A stretch of DNA of 64,000 nucleotides from Moniliella sp. 'wahieum' (lineage: Eukaryota), in the NCBI GenBank assembly GCA_003971905.1, contig RSEE01000004.1, positions 868,001 through 932,000 of the forward strand. Direction: 5' to 3'. The notes under the pieces are model-generated. The model worked only from the letters and a program-made list of their open reading frames with translations. It ran no database searches and was not told where the DNA came from. Both the position numbers and the translations under genes were made by a program. The number at the start of each line of letters is the position of its first letter. The first letter of the stretch is position 1. This document shows, in pieces, positions 37,579-48,935 of this stretch.

Positions 37579-40500
37579 CCCCCCCGGGCCAAGGGAACGA
37601 AAGAAGCCCGTTGGCCATCAACAAAGAAAAGTAGAAAGGGGATCAGCGCGAAGAAAGAGAAGCCAAATCGAAATTGTTACGCGCAGAAATGATCTTGGGA
37701 AGAGAAAGAGTTTGGTGAACCAGTCAGGGAGATGGTGTGCACCTGGAGTGTAGTGGACTTTAATTTCGCCTCGGTGGATGCGTTTCCCGCACCTCGTGGT
37801 ACGAGACGTCAATCTCCCGTATTTTGCCTAGGCTGCCGAGCTTTTCGGCCAACGCTTTGGCAGCGGTGTTGTTAACAAAGAGCTCAATCGGGTGATTAGC
37901 CTTGCAGACACCAAGTTCAAACAGTATGTTGCGAATGAATAGAGCCTCTCGAAGGCCATCTCCCATGGCTAGGTATTCAGATGCTGCTGTGTTGCTCACA
38001 CCTTGATTTTGGGACTTGGAGCCCCAGGATACAGGCACACCGAAACAAAAACAACATGGCCCGAAACGGAGTGAGAGTTGCTCTTGTCTGATGCAAAGGA
38101 GGCATCGGTGTCAGCTCGAGTAGAGGCGAGATCGGTTGGGTGTGAGGCACAAAGAGTAGTCAGACGTACCGGCGAAGAAACGTAATAGGTCCTCCGCTGC
38201 GCGTCGGTGGGCGGCGGACGGGTCGTCCATAAACCGCGCTAAAAAGGTAGCCGCAAAGAGGGCATCAGGCCGGGACATACGAGCCGCCCACAAGCTGGAT
38301 CCGACAATAGAACGGTAGGCACGGTCGTCTCGAGTGGCACGCTTTTCGTGTTCGGGTCGCTTGGGGCGGAAGTTGGTGGCCGATTGGAAGGTAGCGGGGC
38401 CTGAGGTGATATGTCATGCGGCAAGCGTCTCAGCGATGATTTGGGTTGGCTGATGTACAGTCGTCCATCGATACGGTCGTATTGGCAGCCGAGATGGAAA
38501 CGTAGGGGGCCGTTGGACTTAATTTGGATGCTGCGCCTTAATTCCACTAAGAATTCATCATACGCTTCTTGGGACCGACACGCGACCAAAAAGTCGTCAG
38601 TGTGGACGGCGATTAGGATCAGGCCAAGAGGTTCGGTGCGACGTATGAACAGGCAAGGCTCTGATTTTAGGCTAGTGAAGTGGAGTCGGTCGCAAAGGAA
38701 AGTGCGGAGCCAATCTCCAAAGTTGGCCCCGCTCTGGTGCAGGCCATAGAGACTTTTCTTGAGTCTCCAGCAATGACCGGGCGCTTCTGGGAAGAAGGGG
38801 GGTGGTCGAACATAGACGAGCTCGTTGATATCGGCATAGAGGTAGGCAGCTTCCACATCGGCAGAAAATAAGTGGAGGCCATCAGCTTCGGCCAACGCAA
38901 TTAGCGTGTTGACGGCAGCAGTACGAACGGCAGGAGCAAAAGATTTCGCCCATGTGCCAGGAACTTGCCGGTGCCCTCCCACAACGTAGCGGGCACGGTA
39001 CTTGAGGAAGTTAGCATCCGCATCCGTCTTAGTACCTATGACCCACATGCCGGGAAGGGGTTTGATCCCTGGGGGGATGGGTACAACTTCCTTCACGTCA
39101 CGCTCGTCAAAACGCCGAAGCTCGAGGCGCATTGCCTCGAGTACGCCATCAAAGGCAGGGTGACCCACCAACTTCTTGATGTTCTTGGGGGCCACCGGGA
39201 CCCCATCGGTGGTCAGTATGACCTCGGTGTCACTTGCCGCGGATTCGATTGCGAGTGCAATGGGGGGCGAGCTTGGCTCCGAAGCAGGTAGCATGGATGT
39301 GTCCGGCGCTGGTCCGAAAATACTCACCAAAGCCTGCATTCCTAGGGCGGAGAGGGCGGCCGGGTTGCCAAAGATGCTAGGGGCCTTGTTGACGAGCAGG
39401 GAAAAGGTGCCATCGCGCAAATTGTCGTTGGCTGGAATGGACAGGTCGAGGGGTGGAGCGTTGATACGCGCTTGGCGAACGGGATTGCGACGCACGAGTG
39501 CGGGGACGGCTGTATCGGTCAGGGGCACGGTCACGGGGGCGAGCGTGTCGGTGGGGGAGAGAGGGGAGGGGGATAGGGCGGGAGAGGAAGGGGAAGTGGA
39601 AGAGGGAGGGGAAAGCAGGACTTGGTGGCCAGTGTCAACGGCATCTTCTGTGATAGTTTCATTTTCTTCGGCTTGCTTTGCCTGGCGTTGTGCCATGCCT
39701 GCGGGGTCAGATGCAACAGGTTGGGGGGATACATGTGGGGGGTTGGAGTTGGTGGGAGTGGGGCCAGGCTCTGAATTCTCATTTTCGTTGGCTTGAGCCG
39801 GGCGATGTGCCTCTGTTTTTCGTTCTTTTAATTTTCTTTTTCCATGGGGGGCATTGTCTTTCTTACCATTAGTATCGCGGGTCAGTTCATCTATCGCAAA
39901 ACGCACACGCCGGGGTGGGGAGCTGTCTGACTTCCCACCAGCACCCATTTCTCCGCCCCCCCGCACCTCTCCGCCACCAGCAGGGACAAGGGGGTCCAGA
40001 TGAAAGTGCGTGGGATATTCGGTGGTGTACGGGACATGCGTCCAGGTGGACGGCTTTTTCCAACGGAATCCAACTTGGCCGTCGTCCTGGTGGATGGCAA
40101 AGAGCCACCCCTTCGAACCGCGGCCGTGCCCGTAACCCACCAACATTGCTGGGACGGCCCGCGGACCAAGTTTGCCGCCCTCGCGTTGGTTGGGCAATAG
40201 GTGCAGGTAGGCAAGAGTGCCAAAACCGCGCATGCGAAGGGAGGGTTTGAAGCCATGGTACCGGACAAATCGGCTGTCCCCACCCAGTGCTTTCGGCGGC
40301 GACTGGTTGTGTGCATATGTGGCCGCCAACAAGCTGTGTTCCCACCACTCGTCGGGAGTCAATCTGTTGGCGATTACCATGAGTCGAGCGCGATCCGTAA
40401 TCGATCTTATGGCGCGTTCGGCGACCCCATTGGACGCACTTTCGCCAGGATTGGTGCGCTCGCTCACTACTCCCAGCTCGCAGTAAAACTCGTCCATTGC

Positions 40501-42688
40501 GGTGGTGAGTTCAGGCGCATTGTCAGAGCGGACCGTCTGAAGGGGGCGGTCGGGATGTTGGCGATGCTCGCGCCGGATGAAGGCTTGAAGTTCGGCTGTG
40601 GCATCACCCTTGGACACCAGGGGTAGCGTCCAGGTATACCGCGTAAAGTCGTCGACAATGATAAGGGCGTAAGTATGACCCCGCCGCCTTGGCGGGATAT
40701 GTCAAGGACGTCGAGGTGGAGGAGAGAGAAAGGGCGAATGGTTCGGATTGGGCGTCCAGTCGTGGCGTGGGGTGGGGCAGTGGCTCTGCTTAATGCGCAT
40801 GGTGCACAGTGCCACGAGGACCGGACTAAAGCGATGTCGCCACTGTTGACCCGTTCGAATGCTGGGTCATCCGACGTGAGGGATGAAAGTTGATCTAGAG
40901 GTGCATGATTCCATCGGATGTGGGCGTTTTTCACCTTGACCAGGGTTGCATCAAGGTTGAGTAGCGAAGTGGCGCTGTTGGCTGTGGCTGTCGTATTGGG
41001 CGCCAGAGTAAGGGAATAGCTTGAGTCGGCGGCGAGACGAAAAGGTTCGCCGTGTCGTCCGAGATAGAGACCATGGCCACCTGGAGGGATCCAGCTGCCA
41101 ATGCCTGCGATAGATAGATGGTAAGCGCTGAGCAGGTTGGTCGGGAAGGTGGGGCAGTACAAGCTGCCGGGTAGGTGGATGCGGATAGGGGCTCCGTTCT
41201 GGGTTTGAATGTACATAGAGATGGTGCCAATGCCTTCAGTGTATGCGATCTGTCCGTTTGCCACTGCTATGGGCTCGCGGTGTGGACGAAGATTGATAAA
41301 CGCACTTCGTTCATTGAATACGGATGGTCTCGCACCTGAATCGTGTTGCGCAGGGAGGTTGGCTGGCTTGGGTGGTGTAGTGGCTGCCATAGGGGTTACT
41401 GCATGGGCAGATGAGGTGGTCTGGGCTGTCGTAGCCGGCCGGCTAAAGTGGCCGCCACGTTGGCCACCACGGTGACTTCCTCTGTACCCGCTGCCACCTC
41501 GGCCTCGTCCGCGGCCTGTCACCGTACTGCTTGTTTGGCTGTGCGACGTGGCTTCCGAAGGGGCCGTACTGGAGGGAGCTGGGCTTGAACTGGAGGTACT
41601 GCCGTAGTTGGAGCCTTTGAGTTCGCTCACTGCTCGGCGCAATTCGGCGTAGCTGCTGTTACGATGGAGGTGCAACCACCCCTGATCAGTAACGCCTTTC
41701 CGTAGCATCTGTGCTAGACCAATCTCGTCCAGCTTGGACTTGGACGTCATCTCGTACTGGGTTACCGCCACAGTGAACTCATTCAGGTATTGGCGGCCCG
41801 ACTTGGTGCCCATTTTGAGAGTGAGAACCTTTATGAGGATATCACAGATCTCAGTGTCTGAAACGGTGCCGTACAAATCACGCAGAGCATGATAGTATGC
41901 AGACCCTAGAGCCGGCGTGCCATCGCCGGTGATCTGCTGGACGACGTCGGAGTCTATCCACGGGAGTAGAATGTTGGCCAAGTGAGCGTCCAGTTCTGCG
42001 TTATACCCGTCCAGGGCCTTGCCCTGTTCCAGATGCTCACGCGCTCCAGGGATAATCTGGATACGAGGGAGGAAGATCCGGGTCCATAACCAAAACGAGC
42101 TGTTGTTGTGGAAACGCTCGTGGTACGGCACGTTGCTGCGAGTGGCACTACGGAGGAGCTTGTCGGGAGTCAAAGCCCACGGGTTGTCGTCGACGGCCGG
42201 AGTTGACGATAAGGCACCTTCGTTCTTGCTAGCATTGGGTGGATTCTCACATGATAACATGACAATGGCTTCTGTGGTCGTCTTTTCGCTGTACCCAAGC
42301 TTGATACCAGTGTCCTGTAGCTGTTTGAGGGTGATGTGTTCGGGAAACAATTTGAACATGTTGCGAATGCGGTCGGCGAGGGTGGCGACGTCGTTCGCGG
42401 TGTTGTGGGCCCACGGGGGTGGGTTGAGGTGTAGGGGTAGATTCACGCGATGGTGTCAGCGGCGGGGAGGCGTGGTCAACTCCGACGGGAGTGGTGCTCT
42501 CTTCTGCTCCGGCAGTTGGTGAAGTAGGGGTTGAGGAGTTGAACCAAGACTCCTGAGTCTGAGAGCTCATGATGCTTGCCATTAGCTTACGCAGTTCGAG
42601 CAAGCGCTTGTGGATAGGGCCGGCAGCGGAGGACCGAAGAGTGTAAGAGTGGAAGGCTCAGGGCTGAGCGTCAAGAGGATTGTAACTC

Positions 42689-42905
42689 TGTAAGACCGGA
42701 GGAACCCAAGGGATTGGGTGAAGAACCTCTGGAAATGTAGAGCAATGCAATCGCGATGGTGGTGGTTAAGGTCTAAGCCTTGTGCCACACCTAGAGACAG
42801 GGGTTCAGACAAGCCTGAGTATACACGTGGAGGCTTCGGAGGACAAATCAGGGGTGAAGGGTGATGAGGCGCCTTGGCCTAAGTACGGGACCACGGGTCC
42901 CAACA
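42689..42905 (-). repeat. 5' LTR of copia copy 2
   Basis: Near-identical to 37362..37578; PBS at 42674..42688. Confidence 0.95.
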
Positions 42906-43498
42906 AACTGCCCTTCTCCTCCGCAATCGGTTCGGGATCGACGATCCTTTAAAGCACACATCTGGCCTGTGGTTGTGCTCTGTTGTGCCCTCGATAACTT
43001 TTACCGTGAGAGCTTGTCTTGATCGCAATCGGGTCGATGAGGCCGACAGATGATCGATGGAGAGCGGCCGCTCATTAATCATTCCCGCAACCTGAGGACA
43101 CCCTGGGGTCGGAAAGGCCCCTGGCGGGGTATAACTTTTGTTGGTCTACTGGGAGAAAGAGCCTGTCCGCGCGTAAGAGCTATCATGCATCAACATGTTT
43201 CAAGCTTCAACTTCACCGCCGTCCCATCCAACTCTCTTCCTCCTCTCGACGGCACCTCTGGATAGGATGGAATACGAATGTCATAGTTTGGCTGATCTCG
43301 CTCCCATTTCCAATTTCTTCGTCTCGAGCGTCTCGCTCCTTCCTGTTCCTTCCACTTCGCACCATGTCCTCTGTTCTTGCTTCTTCCCCACGAACGATTG
43401 CTACACCCTTGGCCTAGTCCGATCCTGGTCTCCCTCGCCTTAGCCCCGACTGTGACATTATCGTTCGTCTAACCGTCAACAGGCGAGCCCGACCAGAG

Positions 43499-46400
43499 AT
43501 GTCCTCGATCCACGACAACCCCCCTGACCCCAGTAACCCTAGCGCGCCGCAACCCATCGCGCGGCGCGGCCCAATCCGACCCCCGTCCGACCCCCCCTCT
43601 GACGCTCCGTTCGACGACGATGGCCCGGAGTGGTTCCACCCGGCTGGCCCCTCTGGACCCCCCCATGCAGCTCCGTCTGTTGCGCCCGCGCCCCCGGGGT
43701 ATACATTGGCCTCCGACCTGTCCGGGCTGGGCCTCGAGGCCGCTCAGCGTCGGGTCGATGAGGCCCGCAGAATGCGCCAGCTTCTGTTGACGGAGGCCCG
43801 GGAAAATCAGGCCTACCTTGCAGCCCAGGAGGACCAGCGCCGCGCTTTCGAGGATGAGCAAGAGGCGAAGCGCCGTGAGCACCGCCTCCGTCAGCGGCGG
43901 GAGGAGGCGGCGCTTGCCGCGGAAGAGGCCCGGTTGGCCGCCTCGGTACGGGAGGCTCAAACTGGCGTGGTGTCCTCGGCCCCCGCCCCCGCTCCCGCCC
44001 CTGGGACTTATGGTGATCTGACTGCCATCCCGAACACGGTGTCGAAGAGCCTAAGATGTTCGAGCCCGTTCGTTTCCGCCCGTCGTCTGGTGCGAATCCC
44101 AACTCTCGTGACCGGGTCCAGGCCCAGCACGTCGTCACCTCCTTCGAGATTTACGCGCGCGTCGCCCTCACGCATATGGGCGCGGCGGCATGGATCGACC
44201 GCTTCATGGGGCTGCAGGGAGAGGCCCTCACTTGGGTCGAGCAGTTCGGCTCGGAGGTGGCCCTTCCCCTGGAGGCGCGCACCACACCCGCCCTCCAGTC
44301 TTGGCCTGCGTTTCGCGCAGCTTTCCTGGAGCAGTGGGGCGAGCGCAACCCGGCGCTGAAGGCGTTTGAGGAGTTTCGTCGTCTTCGGCAGACGGGATCT
44401 GCAGCGGACTATTCCGCTACGTTCACGGTTCTGCTGCGTCGCTGGAACCCCAACGCGTCGGATGAGGACCGCTACTATTGCTTTCTGTACGGCTTGAAGC
44501 CGCGGGTGCGTGACGCAATCGCCTCCCGCGGCGAGTCGGCTCACTTGGGACGGATCAGTTTCGAACAACTGCGCACAGCGGCCATTGACATCGACCAATC
44601 GCAATCGCTGGGCGCTCATGGTACCGCCATCTCTCCGGGATCGGGCGGCAATCATTGGTTTCGGCCCTCGTCGCCCGAAGCGGAGCCCATGGACCTCAGC
44701 GCAGTCACCGCCACCGTGAAGCGGCGGCCCGGCGCACCGAGCGCCGCGCTCAAGGCGCAGTGCCGTGATCACCATATGCCTTCCACGACTGTACCCCGGC
44801 CACAGCCCCAACTCCCGCCCAAGCCCAAGCCCAGCCCAAGCCCCAAGCCCAGCCCCAGCCCCAACTCCCGCCCAAGCCCCAACTCCCGCCCAAGCCCCAA
44901 CTCCCGCCCAAGCCCCAAGCCCAGCCCCAGCCCCAAGACCAGCCCCAGCCCCAAGACCAGCCCAAGCACCAAGACCAGCCCCAGCCCCAAGACCAGCCCC
45001 AGCACCCAGACCAGCCCAAGACCAAGACTACGCACCAGCACCAGCACTCGCCCGGGCCCCGGCCCAAGTCCACCTCCTCATCTAACCCATCTCGCCCCCC
45101 TCTGTCAACTCGATTCCTTTTCCCTCCTCGGTTCCCTCCCGGCCCTGCTGGCGCGGCACCTCAAGTACTGGCGGAGCCCATGTCCGAACGTTCTGCCGCC
45201 GCCCTCAAGCTCATGGCGGCGGACCCCGAACACCGGTGGGGAGCGAGCGTCTGCCGACGAGATTCGACAGCGCATCCGCCAACTCGTGCCTCGTGACCCT
45301 CGTTGGTCCTTGCTACGGCTCCAAGCCCACCTCCCCATGCTTTGACGGTCCGCGACGGTCTTTTGTGGCACGGAAACCAGGTCTACGTCCCCGGCGACCG
45401 GCCGATCCGCGCTGCCATTCTCCACCAAGCCCACGACTCGGCATTGGCGGGCCATGAAGGGCGCGACAAGACGTTGGCCCGTGTCCGCGCTCAATATTGG
45501 TGGCCCCGCCTGTCAGCCGACGTGTGGGCCTACGTGCGCTCGTGCGACCGCTGCCAACGGACCAAAGCGCCTTGCCACCAACCCGCCGGACCCCTTCAGC
45601 CCCTTTCCCCTCCCCAAGGCCCGTGGACCCACTTGACGATGGACCACATTACCCAGCTTCCCCGATCCAATGGTTACGACGCGATTCTGGTGGTGGTGGA
45701 TCGTTGTACAAAATGGGCCACTTCATTCCCGCCCACACGACGGACACTGCGCCCCAGCTCGCACGCCAGTTTGTACACCATGTCTTTCGCTACCATGGCC
45801 TTCCCCGGGATCTGGTGAGTGATCGGGGACCGACCTTCACAAGCCACTTCTGGCAAGCCTTGTGTGCCGACTTGGGCATCAAGTCGAGCCTCAGCACCGC
45901 GTCCCACCCCCAGACGGACGGCCAGACTGAGCGACTCAACCAGATCCTCGAACAGTACCTCCGCTGCTACCTCGACGAGCAGCAGTCCAACTGGTTCGAC
46001 CTCCTCCCCACGGCCGAATTCGCCTACAACTCGTCCTCCCACTCGAGCACCCACCAGTCCCCCTTTGTCCTCACCTATGGTTACTCTCCCCGGGGGAGTT
46101 GGAGCCCTCCACTTCGCCCGTGCCCGATGCTGCGTCATATTGGAGGACTTGCGCTCGGCCCAGGCGGTGGCCCGCCGCACGCTCGCCGCGGCCCAAGACC
46201 GCTACAAGCATTATGCCGATCAGCAGCGCACCGAGGCGGCTTCCTTCACTGCTGGCCAGCCTGTCTTGGTCCGTCGGGACGGCTATGTGGCCAGCCAGCG
46301 GCCTTCGGACGGCCTCGACTATCGCTACCTCGGCCCCTTTCCCATTGTCCGCGCCGTGGGCCGCGCCGCATACCAGGTCCGCCTCCCCGACTACTACACC

Positions 46401-46755
46401 TCCATGACGTGTTCCATGTGTCCCGCTTGCGAGCCTACACCCCTGGTGACGTGGTCCCTGCCCGCTTGATTGAGCCCCCGCCTCCTCTCCCCGAGTATGC
46501 TGATGATGGTGCGGTTCATCACGAGGTTGAACATGTCCTCGACTCTCGCCGCAAGGTCGTGGTGGCCGCATTGAGTACTTTGTTCACTTCCGGGGCTATC
46601 CTGTCCACGAGCGGGAGTGGGTACCCGCTGCGGACATGTCTCATGACGCCGAGCCAGTGGTCCGTTTCCACGCCCTCTACCCCGATAAGCCTGTCTCCCA
46701 TGCCCGCCGACTCGCCCTCTCTCGCCTCCGTCGCCGCCCGGGAGATGAGGTCTGA
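43499..46755 (+). CDS. Gag - low-complexity linker - integrase - chromodomain polyprotein of the gypsy element (frameshifted)
   Basis: ATG 43499; fragments 43499.., 44056.., 45303.., 45497.., 45819..; chromodomain [29 protein letters not shown] at ~46519-46630; stop TGA at 46753. Confidence 0.85.
44797..45070 (+). repeat. C-rich 6/18-bp minisatellite inside the gypsy element
   Basis: Tandem CCCAACTCCCGCCCAAGC and CCCAAGACCAGCCCCAGC units; open in all three + frames (PSPK.., PAPA.., QPQ..). Confidence 0.9.
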
Positions 46756-47125
46756 AAGGGGCAATGTCATAGTTTGGCTGATCTCGCTCCCATTTCCAAT
46801 TTCTTCGTCTCGAGCGTCTCGCTCCTTCCCTGTTCCTTCCACTTCGCACCATGTCCTCTGTTCTTGCTTCTTCCCACGAACGATTGCTACACCCCTTGGC
46901 CTAGTCCGATCCTGGTCTCCCTCGCCTTAGCCCCGACTGTGACAACGAATATCATTGCCTCCTGTGACTTGCCTTTCATAAAACCAACACTGTCGAGTTG
47001 GGATAGCCACCATTGAAGCAGGTCGGTGCGATGAATCTCCTGTGTTGCTAATTACGACGAGTTAGGGATCCTGGGGCCTTACAATGGATGCGTGACGGCA
47101 GGGAGATGAAAAAGTGAAAAAGATG

Positions 47126-47231
47126 TGCACTCGCCGGGATTCGAACCCGGGCAACAACTTTTGTTAGCTCACTGTGATGGAACCCCAAATGGAATGGGAA
47201 AGTTGCATCTTAACCACTTGATCACGAGTGC
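47126..47231 (-). tRNA. tRNA-Gly(CCC) with 34-nt intron (47161..47194)
   Basis: Acceptor GCACTCG/CGAGTGC+A, D-loop AAGTGGTTAA, anticodon stem CAACT/AGTTG with loop TT-CCC-A^A, T-arm CCGGG-TTCGAAT-CCCGG; two T5 Pol III terminators just downstream (~47109-47121). Confidence 0.92.
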
Positions 47232-47382
47232 GCTGGGCCTCAGTCTCTCTGCCTAGTTTTTGTGTCGCGTTGCCGATGGCAATTACGTAACTTGTTCTGT
47301 TGCCTTTCGGTTTCCTCTTTTCATTTGGTAGAACGCTGATTCCACTGCCGCCACCTACCCCCATCGCCCCTCCCAATTCGCC

Positions 47383-48935
47383 ATGGCGGACACGTCTTTA
47401 CTGGAGGTTGCACGTGCGACGCACGAGGAGATTGAGCGATGCGAGCAGGCTATCGTCGACATCCTCTCTCTGCACCCTCCTCTCCGTTGGGCCCGTCTCG
47501 CTCTTGGCTCACAAGCTGGCTCTCGAGCGCGATCACACCATCTCCCACTTGCTCGACCGTCTGGTCCAACGCAAAGCCCAGTTGCGTGAATTCTATGCTG
47601 ACGAGCCCGAGCGCGCACAGGAGTTGTCCCAGCTTCAGAGTGAGGACGAGTTCCACAAACGTCTGGCCAAGCTGCAAGAGTTCCACGCCAAGTACCCAAG
47701 CCGCGCCAGAGGCCATCCAGCTTGACCCCACTGCCCTGGAGGCCGGAGATGTGGACCGGCTCTTCTCGGGGGAAGAGATGGTGGGCAAGTATGTTGACCT
47801 GGTACTGCAGCATGAACTTTTCACCAATTTGAAGGGGGTGCGCAAGGTGCCGTATGTGACGTATCTGGGACAGTTTGACCAGCTTGCCGAGCCGACGGTG
47901 CCGACGCAGACCAAGAAGACCGAGGCGTACCGGAAATACCTCACCAGTCTGCGGGACTACCTCAACTCATTCCTGCGCAAAACGCGGCCGCTCTCGGATG
48001 TGGATGCAATTGAACGCGAGGCGGAAGCGCGCTTTGCTCCCCAGTGGGACGCAGGCCAGGTCGAAGGATGGAGCAAGTTTGGTCCCGTCTCCTCGTCCGG
48101 GCAGGCGGGGGGGGAGGGGATTTGGTGCGCTGCATGCCGCAAGATGTACGCCAAACAGACAGTGTACGACGCTCACCTCAACTCCCCCAAACACCACAAG
48201 GCGGTTGCCAGGTTAGCCCAGTCCGCCACAGACGATGCCAGCGTCCAGGAAGCAAAAGGCGGGGACAAATGGCGTCATGTGGCGTTGCTGGAGCAGTATG
48301 TGGGGGCCTATGCTCACGCCCTCGAGGATGTGCGGCAAGAGACCCGGTCAAACATTGAGCGTCGCGCGGCGCTCACCGAGCGGGAGCGTGAAGCCGAAGC
48401 AGAGGCGGCCGAGGCTGCGCTGCATGCTACGGGGGAGGAAGCAGAAGAGGCTGTGCGGGAGGATGATCCTGAGGAACGGCTGTACAATCCTCTGCGTCTT
48501 CCTTTGGCTTGGGACGGCAAACCGATCCCCTACTGGCTGTACAAGTTGCACGGACTCGGGGTCGAGTTCAAATGCCAGATCTGCTCAGATTATGTTTATC
48601 AAGGCCGACGGGCATTTGAGCGGCACTTTCAAGAGGCACGCCATGCGTTTGGCATGCGTGCGCTCGGCCTTCCTAACACCAAGCATTTCTTTGAGATCAC
48701 CGAAATTGCGGACGCGCTAGCTTGTACGTCCCCATTCCCCTCACTCACCATGATGATGCTAAGGATACTAACATGAATGCAGTGTCTGAGAAATTGAAGA
48801 AGCAGGGTCGCGAGCTGGCCGAGGAACACAACGAAGCAGAAGAGGTGGAGGACGAGGAAGGCAACGCCTACTCCCGCAAAACATGGGATGATGAAGCGCC
48901 AAGGACTGGTCGAACTGCATTGCAAATTCAAGTGA
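47383..48935 (+). CDS. PRP9: Splicing factor 3A subunit 3 (Prp9/SAP61)
   Basis: LLEVARATHEEIERCE, FSGEEMVGKYVDL, IWCAACRKMYAKQTVYDAHL, YNPLRLPLAWDGKPIPYWLYKLHGLGVEFKCQICSDYVYQGRRAFERHF, EEVEDEEGN..KRQGL; intron ~48724..48782. Confidence 0.95.

Larger units (their letters stand above)
37362..42905 (-). mobile_element. Full-length Ty1/copia LTR retrotransposon, copy 2 (same family as copy 1)
   Basis: LTRs 42689..42905 (5') and 37362..37578 (3'); flanks CACTG/AACTG (4/5 TSD match); long ORFs 40467..42446 (gag-PR-IN N-terminus) and 38239..40617 (IN core RSDNAPE, SNGVAER; RT), RNase H to ~37640. Confidence 0.97.
43279..46944 (+). mobile_element. Ty3/gypsy chromovirus-type LTR element, non-autonomous (Gag + integrase + chromodomain; no PR/RT/RH)
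   Basis: LTRs 43279..43457 and 46765..46944 (TGTCA..TGACA); perfect TSD ACGAA (43274..43278, 46945..46949); PPT GAAAGGGG; Gag [41 protein letters not shown] ([16 protein letters not shown]) and DDE ([19 protein letters not shown]); GPF motif; chromodomain. Confidence 0.95.

Noticed and set aside
17912..42905. Composite transposon mobilising the 13.9 kb between the copia copies
   Set aside because: Each copy has its own TSD, no TSD flanks the pair, and LTR elements do not move as inverted composites.
44797..45070. CRISPR-like or telomeric array
   Set aside because: No unique spacers, no cas genes and not TTAGGG; it is a minisatellite inside an LTR element.
47161..47194. Spliceosomal-type intron in the tRNA (contains GCTAAC)
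   Set aside because: No GT donor; it sits at the canonical 37/38 position and has GGGG able to pair with the anticodon, as in ordinary tRNA introns.
47383..48935. Frameshifted genes as pseudogenes or programmed frameshifting
   Set aside because: Affects all genes alike, including essential PRP9, with motifs intact; sequencing error is the simpler explanation.
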